From an uncultured Enterobacterales bacterium (GTDB taxonomy: Bacteria > Myxococcota_A > UBA796 > JAFGLY01), in assembly GCA_964532635.1 (NCBI GenBank), contig CAZHIK010000003.1:1-35143 (forward strand): a stretch of DNA of 35,143 bases, read 5' to 3'. Each line of letters starts with the position of its first letter. Within the stretch, counting starts at the first letter, position 1. This document shows positions 18,362 to 27,961 of the stretch, piece by piece. Made by a program: the position numbers and the translations under genes. The notes under the pieces were generated by a model. It saw nothing but the letters and a program-made list of their open reading frames with translations, made no database searches and was not told the DNA's origin.

Positions 18362-18835
18362 TCAGGCCTGCAGCTCGGGGACCCGGATGACGGACAGGAA
18401 CAGGCCCAGCTGGCGCACCACGTCGATGAAGTGGTCGTACTCCACGGGCTTGGTGATGTAGTTGGAGCAGCCGATGCTGTGGCAGTTCTCGATCTCACGC
18501 GGATCGTCGGTGGTGGTGAGCATCAGCACGGGCATCTTGCGCAGCTCGTCGTCGCGCTTGATCCGCCGCAGCACCTCCACGCCGTCCACCCGCGGCATGC
18601 GGATGTCCAGCAGCAGCAGGTAGGCCCGACCGGGGACTCGGTGGTCGCCGTCACCGGCATCGAACAGGAAGTCCAGGGCCTCCTGGCCGTCGGCGAAGCG
18701 GCGGATGGGATTGGCGATGCCGGCGCGCTTCAGGTTGCGCTGGATGAGGCGAGCGTGCCCGTCGTCGTCCTCGGCCACGAGGATCTCGACGGCGTGGCTG
18801 CGGTCGCCGCTGCCGTTGTAGGGATAGACAGTCAT
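18362..18835 (-). CDS. Single-domain response regulator (CheY-like receiver)
   Basis: Receiver motifs are EILVAEDDDG, LLLLDIRMPRVDG and NYITKPV. ATG 18835 overlaps the upstream stop (ATGA). Confidence 0.85.
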   Translation of the reverse strand: MTVYPYNGSGDRSHAVEILVAEDDDGHARLIQRNLKRAGIANPIRRFADGQEALDFLFDAGDGDHRVPGRAYLLLLDIRMPRVDGVEVLRRIKRDDELRKMPVLMLTTTDDPREIENCHSIGCSNYITKPVEYDHFIDVVRQLGLFLSVIRVPELQA

Positions 18836-21219
18836 GGGTGCTCCAGGTGAGCGGTGGGTTCAGGCGAAGGCGCCGGCAGCTGGACGTAGAAGCGGGTGCC
18901 CCTGCCAGGCGCGGACTCCAGGCGCACGGTGCCGTGGTTCTTGTAGAGAATCTTGCGGACGATGGTCAGCCCGATGCCCTCGCCCTGGGTGCCGCGGGGA
19001 TCGAGGCGGTGAAAGATGTCGAAGATGCGGTCCTGGTGGCGAGGATCGATCCCCTGCCCGTTGTCCTCGATGCAGATCTCCACGACACCGTCCAGGGAAC
19101 GCCCCGAGATGCGGATGCGTCCTGGACGCTCGGGATCCAGGTACTTGATGGCGTTGTCCACCAGGTTGGCGAAGGCCTGGGACAGCTGCTCCCGGTCGCC
19201 GTGGCAGGCAGGCATGGCCTCGACCTGCACCTCGATGTCCCGCTCCTGCACCACGAACTCGAAGGAGCGGAGCAGATCGCGCATCATGGCCTGGGTCTCG
19301 ATGGGCTCGGGCCGGGGATCCCGCCGCCCGGCCCGGGACAGCTGCAGCAAGCCGGCCAGCAGCCCCTCCATCTTGTTGATGCTCGAGGCGATGAACTCGA
19401 GGCTCTCGTCGACGTCCTCCTGGACGATGGCCCGGGCCAGCTCCATGCGCTGGGGCGGCAGCTCCGCCTCGCCCAGGATGGACAGCAGCTCCTTCACGCC
19501 CCGGCCCAGCTCCCGGCTGAAGCCCTGCACGTTCACCAGCGGCGAGCGCAGATCGTGGGAGGTGACGTACACCACCTGCTCGAGCTCCTCGTTCTTGCGA
19601 TGCAGCTCGACGTTGAGCAGCTCTCGCTCGCGCTCCGCCGCCCGCCGCTCGGTGATGTCCAGGCCCATGCCCACCAGGTGGGGGGCCCCGTCCAGCTGGG
19701 CCAGGCGCCCGGTGAAGAGGTACGGGATGCCCGGCCCCTCCGTGGGCACCAGGGCAGCCTCGGCCGTGGCCTCGCCTTCGGTGAAGACCCGCCCGATGCG
19801 CTGGGCGATGTGCTGCTGATCCGCGCCCTCGAAGAGATCGAGGGCGTTGGTGGAGGCCATGCGCGCCCCGTCGCGGCCCACGACCTCCTCGAAGCGCGCG
19901 TTCCAGCGCACGAAGTCGCCCTTTGTGTCCAGCACGTAGAACACGCCCGGCAGGCTGGCGAGGATGGCCTCCACGAAGTCCTTCTCCTGCTGCAGCTCGG
20001 CGGTGCGCTCGGCGACCAGCTGCTCGAGCTCCTCGCGGTGGCGTCGGAGCTCCTCCTGTGTGCGCCGTTCCTCCGTGATGTCCGAACTCACGGTAGCCAG
20101 ACAGAGCGGCTGACCGACCTTGTCCCGCACCAGGAAGATGTGGTCGTTTGTGAAGACTCGGCGGCCCGCGAGCCCGGTCATCTCGAGCTCACCCTCCCAG
20201 CGGCCCTCAGCCATCACCGCAGGGATCACCTCCTGCTCGAAGCGCTGAGCGACCGGATCGGACATCACCTCGGAGACCTGACGTCCCACCAGGGTGTCCC
20301 CTTCCGGTGTCTGGGCCATCCGCGAGAAGGCTTGATTCGCGTAGATCAGCTGTCCATCGAGCGACGCCATGGCGAAGCCCTCGGTGGCCTCCTCTGCGAA
20401 GCGCTCGAAGCGACGCAGCCTCTCCTGAGCGACCTTCTCATCCGTGATGTCCAGGATGACGTCAGCCAGGTAGGCGGGGTTCCCTTCTTCGTCTCGCACC
20501 AGGAAGTAGTGCTCGTGGGTGGCGATGACCCGACCGTCCAGCCGAGTGAGCGCCAGCTCCCCCTGCCAGCTCCCCCTGCTCATCACCGTTGGGATCACCT
20601 CCTCGGTGATCCGTCGCAGGTGTGTCCCGGCGTAGAAGCGGGGGAAGGCCACACCCTCGAGGTCCCTGGCGCGCGACGCGCCGAGCATCCTGACCAGGGC
20701 CGGGTTGGCGTAGTGGATCCGACCGTCGAGGGTGGCCATGCCGAAGCCCTCGGTGGCCGCGTCGGCGAAACGGCGGAACAGGGCCATGCCTTCCTCCGAG
20801 GCCTTGCGATCGCTGATTTCTTCCGCTGAGCCGAGGATGGTCCGCACCCGGCCGTCGTCGGTCAGCTCGAACGCAGCGTCCCGGCTGCGCAGCCAGCGCC
20901 AGTCCCCCGTGGCGCTCTTCATGCGGTACTCGATCTCGTGGACCTCACCCTTGGACGCCACACGAAGCGTCGCGTGGTGTGCCATCACAGCGGGCAGATC
21001 CTCCGGATGAATGGTCTCGACGAACAGCCGTTCCCCGAACTCGCGGACCTGCTCGGGGGTGTAGCCCAACAGCTCCGTGACCTCGCGGTTGGCGAACACG
21101 TTCCGCTGCTCCACCAGGTCGTAGACATAGATGATGACGGGGACCGTCCCGAGCACGAGATCGAGAAACTCGCGGCGCTCCGCGGCGGGCAATCCGGGGA
21201 CAAAGGACGTGTCGGACAT
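18832..21219 (-). CDS. Soluble multi-PAS (about 4) sensor histidine kinase
   Basis: A strong RBS (GAGGAGG on the minus strand, 21223-21229) precedes ATG 21219. PAS modules recur (..IHPEDL.., two near-duplicate modules FAD/EEATEGFGMA/FAMASLDG..., ..LPGVFYVLD..). The H-box is YVTSHDLRSPL. HATPase boxes are NLVDNAIKY, DNGQGI and GEGIGL. Confidence 0.85.
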   Translation of the reverse strand: MSDTSFVPGLPAAERREFLDLVLGTVPVIIYVYDLVEQRNVFANREVTELLGYTPEQVREFGERLFVETIHPEDLPAVMAHHATLRVASKGEVHEIEYRMKSATGDWRWLRSRDAAFELTDDGRVRTILGSAEEISDRKASEEGMALFRRFADAATEGFGMATLDGRIHYANPALVRMLGASRARDLEGVAFPRFYAGTHLRRITEEVIPTVMSRGSWQGELALTRLDGRVIATHEHYFLVRDEEGNPAYLADVILDITDEKVAQERLRRFERFAEEATEGFAMASLDGQLIYANQAFSRMAQTPEGDTLVGRQVSEVMSDPVAQRFEQEVIPAVMAEGRWEGELEMTGLAGRRVFTNDHIFLVRDKVGQPLCLATVSSDITEERRTQEELRRHREELEQLVAERTAELQQEKDFVEAILASLPGVFYVLDTKGDFVRWNARFEEVVGRDGARMASTNALDLFEGADQQHIAQRIGRVFTEGEATAEAALVPTEGPGIPYLFTGRLAQLDGAPHLVGMGLDITERRAAERERELLNVELHRKNEELEQVVYVTSHDLRSPLVNVQGFSRELGRGVKELLSILGEAELPPQRMELARAIVQEDVDESLEFIASSINKMEGLLAGLLQLSRAGRRDPRPEPIETQAMMRDLLRSFEFVVQERDIEVQVEAMPACHGDREQLSQAFANLVDNAIKYLDPERPGRIRISGRSLDGVVEICIEDNGQGIDPRHQDRIFDIFHRLDPRGTQGEGIGLTIVRKILYKNHGTVRLESAPGRGTRFYVQLPAPSPEPTAHLEHP

Positions 21220-21330
21220 GAGGCCTCCTCGCCTACCAGCATCAGCGGGCCCCGCTTCAGGCGCATGTCGTCAAGGCGCTGATCCTGGTGTAGGCGATGG
21301 GAGTTCGCCCCTCGTCCCGCGCTGACGGCC

Positions 21331-21350
21331 GTGTAGGCCCAGGCCTACAC
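21331..21350 (-). terminator. GC-rich hairpin 2 nt downstream of the NarL-type regulator stop; possible intrinsic terminator or RNA stabiliser
   Basis: GTGTAGGC-CCAG-GCCTACAC forms a perfect 8-bp stem with a 4-nt loop (one further G-C pair could extend it to 9 bp). No U-tract follows on the minus strand, so termination activity is uncertain. Confidence 0.35.
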
Positions 21351-21352
21351 CA

Positions 21353-21985
21353 TCAGTCGAGCAGCCCGTTCTCCACGGCGTAGCGGGTCAGGGCCGCGTT
21401 GCTGTCCACCCCCAGCTTCTCGAGCACCCGGGTGCGGTAGGTGCTGGCGGTCTTGGGGCTGATGTGGAGCTGAGCGCCGATCTGCTTGATGGTCAGCCCC
21501 CGGGCCAGCCGGACCATCACCTGCCGCTCGCGGTCGGACAGCCGCTCGTGGGGCACGGGCCGCTCGCCCTCGGCCAGGGTCTGGGCCAGGCGCTCGGCCA
21601 AGGCAACGCTGACGTAGCGCCGGCCCTCGAGCACCCTGCGAAGGGCCACGATCAGCTCGCTGGGGGCGCTCTGCTTGGTGAGATAGCCCGAGGCTCCGAG
21701 CCGCAGGGCCCGAACGGCGTACTGCTCTTCGGGGTGAGCGCTGAGCATCAACACCGGCATCCCGGGGTACAGCGCAACCACGTCTCCCAGGATGTCCAGG
21801 CCCGTGCGCCCGGGCATGGACACATCGAGGATCAGCGCGTCGAACGGATCGCCGGCCAAGACCCTCATGGCCTCGTCGCCGCTGGCGGCTTCGCCGACCA
21901 CCCGCAGATCGGGGGTGTCCGCGAGCAATCGCTTGAGCCCCGCCCTGAAGATGGCGTGGTCATCTGCCAGCAGGATGCGCCTCAT
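21353..21985 (-). CDS. NarL/LuxR-family response regulator (REC plus helix-turn-helix)
   Basis: The receiver has RILLADDHAIFRAGL and LILDVSMPGRTG. The GerE-type HTH reads LSDRERQVMVRLARGLTIKQIGAQLHISPKTASTYRTRVLEKLG. ATG 21985 overlaps the kinase stop (ATGA). Confidence 0.9.
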   Translation of the reverse strand: MRRILLADDHAIFRAGLKRLLADTPDLRVVGEAASGDEAMRVLAGDPFDALILDVSMPGRTGLDILGDVVALYPGMPVLMLSAHPEEQYAVRALRLGASGYLTKQSAPSELIVALRRVLEGRRYVSVALAERLAQTLAEGERPVPHERLSDRERQVMVRLARGLTIKQIGAQLHISPKTASTYRTRVLEKLGVDSNAALTRYAVENGLLD

Positions 21986-24702
21986 CCTATCTCGCTCCGT
22001 TCGCCACTTGGGAAGCCTACGATCAACAGAGTACCCTGTCCAGGCGCCGACCGTATCTCGACAGTGCCCGCCAACAGCCGCACCCGCTCGCGGATACCCA
22101 GCAGGCCGAAGGTCCCGGGTCGCCGCTCGCCATCGGGCGAGATGCCGACGCCGTCATCGCGGACGCTCATGAACACCCGGTCCTCGGTGCTCTCGATGAG
22201 CACGTCGACCCGGCGCGCCTGCGCGTGCCTCACAACGTTGGTCAGTGCCTCCTGGAGGATGCGGTACAGCGCCACCGAGCGGCTCTCGTCCAGCCGCAGG
22301 TTCTCGGGCTCCAGCAGCAGCTCGCACTCGAGCCCCCCCCGTTCGCAGGTGCGGGACACCAGCCACTGCGCAGCAGCACCGAGGCCGAGGTGATCCAGCA
22401 GGCCCGGCCGCAGCTCGGAGGCCAGATCCCTCACCCGCTGGCCCAGATCTTCCACCAGTCGCTCGAGGTCCGCGACGCGCTCGGAGACCGCGGGGTCGTC
22501 CGGAGGCACCCGCCCCGACATCCAGCCCAGGTCCAGGCGCAGCGCCGTGAGGGTGGATCCCAGCTCGTCGTGCAGCTCCCGAGCGATGCGCTTCTGCTCG
22601 ACCTCCCGCACGTCGTGAAGGTGCTGGGAGAGGGCCCGCAGGCGCTCATCGTGGGCCTTGAGGGCCCGATCGGTCCGCTGGCGCTCCAGCTCGGCCGCGA
22701 CCCGCACCGAGAACACCCGCAGCACGGCGTCGGCCAACTCCGGGTCTTGCAGGGGACTGCGCCCCAGCGCAGCGAGCACACCGATGGGTTCCCCCCGGGT
22801 GTCAAGCAGGGGCGTGCCCGCGTAGGACTCGATGCCGAGTTCCGCCAACATGAGGTCACCGGGGAAGCTCGCAGCGACACCACTGGGGTAGGTGCACAAC
22901 TCCTGCCGGAGGACCTTCTCGCAAGGCGTGCCCGCCAGCGCGTAGCGGATGGGCTCGCGGATGTCGCCGTCCATCCACAAGGCCGCCGTGTGCGCCAAGC
23001 CGTCATCGCCCTCATCCAGCTCTCCCACCAGCACGATCTCGGCACCGAGCAGGTCGGCGATCTGCGCGGCCGCCTGCTCGAGAAACGCGCTGCCCACCTT
23101 GCCCGAGGACAGCTCCAGGGCCTCGCGCACTGCGTCGAAGCGCCTGCGGCGGGTGATGTCCACCGCAAAGGCGAGCACGAAGCGTTCTTCCCCCTGCTCG
23201 AACAGGTTGAGCAGCAGCTCCACAGGGAAGGTGCTGCCGTCCGCCCGGCGCTGTCGGGTCTCGAAGCGGGTCACGCCCGATCCCTCGAGCTGGGCGAGAG
23301 CCATGGGCCAGCTTCCTGCGGGGATCTTCTCGTCCACGGCCTCGACGTTCATGTCCATCAGCTGCTCTCGGGAGTAGCCCAGGCTGCGGCAGGCGGCGGG
23401 GTTGGCGTAGCGGATGGCGCCGTGCACATCGACCTGGAACACCGCGGTCTGGACCTGTTCGAGGGCGTGGCGCACCAGCGCGAGATCGCGCTGGGCGCGG
23501 CGTCGTTCGGTCTGATCCCAGACCCGGGCGAGGACCATGGGCCGGCCACCGACCTGCACTGGAGAGAGCGAGACCTCGACCTCACGGAGTTCGCCATCCG
23601 CGGTCCGGTGGCGCCAGGGGAAGCGCAGCGACGCGCCGTCGCCGACCAGGCGCATGTGCTCCAGGGCGGCCTCCTCCGAGCTGCGTCCGTCCGGCTGCTG
23701 CAACGGCGAGAGTTCCCACGGCGCGCTGCCGATGATCTCCTCCCGAGGGCGTCCCATGATCTCCTGCGCGCGGTCGTTGCAGTCCACGAAGCGCCCGGCG
23801 TCCATCAGGAACATGCCGTCGCTGGCCTGGTTCCACATGACGCGGGCGCGAAGCTCGCTCTCGCGGAGATCCCGCTCGACGCGCTTGCTGGCCGTGACGT
23901 CCCAGAACACCCCGGTCGCCCATCTCTCGCCCTGGTTGGTCACGACCCGGCTGGCCCGATCGTGGAGCCAGATCCAGCTTCCATCCTTGTGCCGAACGCG
24001 GTACTCGACGTCGAAGGCCTCTCCCGCGTCGAACAGGGCCGCGAAAGCCCGGCGTACGCCATCGACGTCCTCGGGATGGACACGGGCGAACCAGACCTCC
24101 GAACCGCCGGCGTAGATCTCGGTCGGCGTGAAGCCGTAGACCCGTTCGACGCTGGGGCTGATGTAGTGGGTCCTGCCCTGCTCATCCGTCGACCACGCCA
24201 CCACCGGCAGGTTCTCCACGAGCAGTCGATACCGCGCCTCGCTCTCCGCGAGCCGCCGGGTGACCTCGTCGAGCTCGGTGACGTCGATGGACACGCCGAC
24301 CAGGTGGGGCTCGCCGCTGATGTCCACCCGCCGACCGAAGCCGAAGTTGTGCATCACCCGGCCGTCCTTGCCGCGATCCCGAAACGCGATCGTGGCCGAG
24401 CCTTGGCGGAGCGCCTGCTCCACCGCGCGCTCGACCGTGGGCAGGTCCTCCTCCACGATCATGCCCAAGGGCCCGAGCGCCTGCAGCTCCGCCGCCGAAT
24501 AGCCGAGGCGCTCGAGGGTGTGCTGGTTCCAGGCGACGAACCGCTCCTGGGCATCGAACAGGTAGAAGTCCCCGGGCACGGCCTCGATCAGGGCGTCGAG
24601 CACCCGCGCCTTGTTGTCCAACATCCGGATCCGCTCATCACGCTCGGCGAGCTGGCGCTCGAGCTCGAGGATGCGACGGCGGAGCTTGTCTTCGGAGGAC
24701 AT
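21982..24702 (-). CDS. Soluble multi-PAS/GAF sensor histidine kinase of the HisKA_3 (NarX/DegS-like) class
   Basis: An N-terminal coiled coil is followed by about four PAS modules and one GAF-like module. The HisKA_3 H-box is IARELHDELGSTLTAL. The HATPase has NVVRHAQA, DDGVGI and GLLGIRERV. It sits next to a NarL-type regulator. Confidence 0.85.
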   Translation of the reverse strand: MSSEDKLRRRILELERQLAERDERIRMLDNKARVLDALIEAVPGDFYLFDAQERFVAWNQHTLERLGYSAAELQALGPLGMIVEEDLPTVERAVEQALRQGSATIAFRDRGKDGRVMHNFGFGRRVDISGEPHLVGVSIDVTELDEVTRRLAESEARYRLLVENLPVVAWSTDEQGRTHYISPSVERVYGFTPTEIYAGGSEVWFARVHPEDVDGVRRAFAALFDAGEAFDVEYRVRHKDGSWIWLHDRASRVVTNQGERWATGVFWDVTASKRVERDLRESELRARVMWNQASDGMFLMDAGRFVDCNDRAQEIMGRPREEIIGSAPWELSPLQQPDGRSSEEAALEHMRLVGDGASLRFPWRHRTADGELREVEVSLSPVQVGGRPMVLARVWDQTERRRAQRDLALVRHALEQVQTAVFQVDVHGAIRYANPAACRSLGYSREQLMDMNVEAVDEKIPAGSWPMALAQLEGSGVTRFETRQRRADGSTFPVELLLNLFEQGEERFVLAFAVDITRRRRFDAVREALELSSGKVGSAFLEQAAAQIADLLGAEIVLVGELDEGDDGLAHTAALWMDGDIREPIRYALAGTPCEKVLRQELCTYPSGVAASFPGDLMLAELGIESYAGTPLLDTRGEPIGVLAALGRSPLQDPELADAVLRVFSVRVAAELERQRTDRALKAHDERLRALSQHLHDVREVEQKRIARELHDELGSTLTALRLDLGWMSGRVPPDDPAVSERVADLERLVEDLGQRVRDLASELRPGLLDHLGLGAAAQWLVSRTCERGGLECELLLEPENLRLDESRSVALYRILQEALTNVVRHAQARRVDVLIESTEDRVFMSVRDDGVGISPDGERRPGTFGLLGIRERVRLLAGTVEIRSAPGQGTLLIVGFPSGERSEIG

Positions 24703-24866
24703 CTTCGAAGTTTCCGTAATTTTCGTTTTGGATGATATCGTACATTTCTGCCCATATCCACCCTCCGACGGTCATTGTCCGTACAGACTCGCCAGCGCTG
24801 ACAATGCGCTCTCATCGTCCACCACGCGTGCTAAGCTCGGTGCACGGACCCCGGAGGAACGACAAG
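24703..24866. promoter_or_regulatory. Divergent intergenic region, the most AT-rich stretch in the window, with a 7-bp inverted repeat
   Basis: The region lies between divergent starts at 24702 (-) and 24867 (+). It contains tracts such as gtaattttcgttttggatgatatcgtacatttc. CATTGTC (24773-24779) and GACAATG (24800-24806) form an inverted repeat with a 20-nt spacer. GGAGGA (24853-24858) precedes ATG 24867. No convincing -35/-10 pair could be assigned by eye. Confidence 0.4.
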
Positions 24867-26000
<1,134 letters not shown>

Positions 26001-26009
26001 GAGATCACT

Positions 26010-26675
26010 GTGCGCGCTACCATCCCCATCCTGCTGGCCCTGCCGCTCCTCATCTCCTGTGGTGACAAAGAGGACACCGGTCCCGACACCCCCGAGGCCG
26101 ACACCGACACCGACACCGATGCCGACACCGATACAGACAGCGACGCTGACGCCGACAGCGACGCAGACGCCGACAGCGACGCTGACGCCGACAGCGACGC
26201 AGATGCCGACGCCGACAGCGACGCTGACGCCGACGCCGACGCAGATGCCGACACCGACGCCGACACCGACACCGACACGGGCCTGCCCGCCTGCACCACA
26301 TCCGACCTGGTGTTCAGCGGCCAAGTGCGAGACCCATCGGGCTCGGCCTGCACCACCTGCCCCGCCGACGTGCTGCTCGACTTCACGGGGGTGGTGGACA
26401 ACCCCTGCCACAGCGACATCACCCTCACCACCAGCTCATCCTGCCTGGTGGCGGGCTGGACCCTCACCGAGGTGTGGTCCGGTACCACCCTCCTCGCCGG
26501 CGTTCCCGGCTGCTACGAGGTCATCACCGACTGGGTGGTGCCCGCGGGCAGCCGCGTCGAGGAGACCTTCGACACCTACACCACCTGGCAGGAGGTCGAG
26601 CACCAGTTGGACCTCACCTTCAACGACAGCGGCGGCACCACCGCCACGGTGAGCTTCGACATCGACGAGATGTAG
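26010..26675 (+). CDS. Acidic lipoprotein paralogous at its N-terminus to the upstream gene: (DT/DA/DS)n linker plus a Cys-containing C-terminal domain of unknown function
   Basis: AGGAG (25999-26003) overlaps the upstream TAG and lies 6 nt before GTG 26010. The signal and lipobox read [17 protein letters not shown]. The motif [19 protein letters not shown] is shared with the upstream gene. A 61-aa acidic dipeptide tract is followed by ~130 aa with 6 Cys. Confidence 0.75.
   Translation: MRATIPILLALPLLISCGDKEDTGPDTPEADTDTDTDADTDTDSDADADSDADADSDADADSDADADADSDADADADADADTDADTDTDTGLPACTTSDLVFSGQVRDPSGSACTTCPADVLLDFTGVVDNPCHSDITLTTSSSCLVAGWTLTEVWSGTTLLAGVPGCYEVITDWVVPAGSRVEETFDTYTTWQEVEHQLDLTFNDSGGTTATVSFDIDEM
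26097..26279 (+). repeat. In-frame hexanucleotide repeat with a higher-order 18-nt unit (GACAGCGACGCWGAYGCC = DSDADA)
   Basis: The 18-nt units fall at 26136-26153, 26154-26171, 26172-26189, 26190-26207 and 26214-26231. They are flanked by GACACC/GACGCC hexamers. The tract encodes 61 aa of strictly alternating D and A/T/S. Confidence 0.9.
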
Positions 26676-26678
26676 CGC

Positions 26679-27290
26679 TCAGGCCCGCTGCTTGCTCACC
26701 ATCGCCGCCAGCCGCGCACGGTCGCGCTCGGCGTCTTCGCGGCTGCCCTCGAGGCCAGCGTTGAAGCGCTGGTGGGCGTCGCTGAGCTTGCGCGCCAGGC
26801 GCTCGATGTCGCCGGCAGGGGTGAGCTCGAGGCGCAGCTCGTGAACCCCCCCGTCGAGCATGTGGAAGCTCACGGACCACTCGTTCCACTTCACGCGCGC
26901 CATCTCTGAGAACGGCAGAAAGGTGGGCTCCTCGGGCTGCCCCAGGCCCAGGGGCAGCGGGCCCTTGGTCTTGGCTTCGCCCTTGAGCTCCGCCACCCCG
27001 GGATCCCGGCGGGTGTAGAGACGAGACAGCTCCACCCCGTGGGCCCGACAGCGGATCTTCCAGGACACCAACTGGGCGCTGAGGATGATGTTGGCGGCCG
27101 CCGCCAGCCAGGCGGGCACGGTGAGGATCACCGTGAGAAACAGCACCATCATGATCAGGTGGAAGTACAGGGTGCGCTTCTGGAAGCGCCGGCTCTCGTC
27201 CCGGTCGATGGCGGCGCACATGAAGCCGTCCATGTCCTCGACGATGCGCAGCTCGCGGGGGGAGTCGAGCTTGGTGCTGCGGCGTGCCAT
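26679..27290 (-). CDS. Hypothetical membrane protein (203 aa)
   Basis: GC3 and composition are good. One long hydrophobic stretch (LYFHLIMMVLFLTVILTVPAWLAAAANIILSAQLV) could form a helical hairpin, and the C-terminal domain is soluble. No motif recognised. Confidence 0.55.
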   Translation of the reverse strand: MARRSTKLDSPRELRIVEDMDGFMCAAIDRDESRRFQKRTLYFHLIMMVLFLTVILTVPAWLAAAANIILSAQLVSWKIRCRAHGVELSRLYTRRDPGVAELKGEAKTKGPLPLGLGQPEEPTFLPFSEMARVKWNEWSVSFHMLDGGVHELRLELTPAGDIERLARKLSDAHQRFNAGLEGSREDAERDRARLAAMVSKQRA

Positions 27291-27478
27291 CAGGACTCCA
27301 GGAAAGGTGGGAACAGGGTGCGGAGGAAGCGGTCGCAGGCCTGCACAAGGGGCCGTGGAGCGCGCTCATGGCTGCACGGTAACCCGAGCTGTCAACTCGA
27401 GGAAAAGCGTTCGGTCGCGCTGCCATCCCTCAACGGCCGCGGTTCGCAACCTGTGTCCTCAGAGCCACGGAGACCGCC

Positions 27479-27955
27479 ATGACCGCGCGCACCGCCCTAA
27501 TCCTGTCCATCCTGATCGCCCTGGTGCTCAGCGCCTGCTTCCCACAGCTCGACAAGGGCTTCGGCGCGGATGGCAGCTCGCTGTCGGACACCGCGGACGC
27601 CATCACCGGCGCCAGCGGCAGCGGCTCGGGTGACGGAACCCTGACCGCCAGACACCCCGGCTTCGAAGACGCCTGCTGCGCCGACTGTCACGCATCCGAC
27701 GCCCACAACGAGGGCCTCGCTTCCCACGAGTGCGCCGGCTGTCACGGCAACAACGGCGCGCCTCGCCGCCACACGAACGAGACCCCCTGCGCCGAGTGCC
27801 ACAGCCGAGAGCACCGCTGCGGCGACTTCCCCGATCCGACGAGCTGCCTCACCTGCCACGAGCCCGGAGGCAGCGGTGGGGATGACGACGATGACGACGA
27901 CGACGACGATGACGATGACGACGACGATGACGACGACGAGCGCGACGACGACTGA
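27479..27955 (+). CDS. Small tetraheme c-type cytochrome lipoprotein with a poly-aspartate C-terminal tail
   Basis: GGAGAC precedes ATG 27479. The lipobox is ALVLSAC. Four CxxCH motifs (CADCH, CAGCH, CAECH, CLTCH) lie within ~80 aa, with extra His residues available for bis-His ligation. The C-terminus has 19 consecutive Asp codons (27881-27937) followed by ERDDD. Confidence 0.8.
   Translation: MTARTALILSILIALVLSACFPQLDKGFGADGSSLSDTADAITGASGSGSGDGTLTARHPGFEDACCADCHASDAHNEGLASHECAGCHGNNGAPRRHTNETPCAECHSREHRCGDFPDPTSCLTCHEPGGSGGDDDDDDDDDDDDDDDDDDDERDDD
27881..27952 (+). repeat. (GAC/GAT)n trinucleotide tract encoding D19-E-R-D3
   Basis: Codon-by-codon reading from 27881 gives gat gac gac gat gac gac gac gac gac gat gac gat gac gac gac gat gac gac gac gag cgc gac gac gac tga. 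Confidence 0.9.
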
Positions 27956-27961
27956 GCTCGG

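Noticed and set aside
22225-24735. ORF 22225-24735 (+, 836 aa), lying opposite the HisKA_3 kinase
   Set aside because: It has no recognisable domain, and the opposite strand encodes coherent PAS/GAF/HisKA_3/HATPase modules. It is a shadow ORF.
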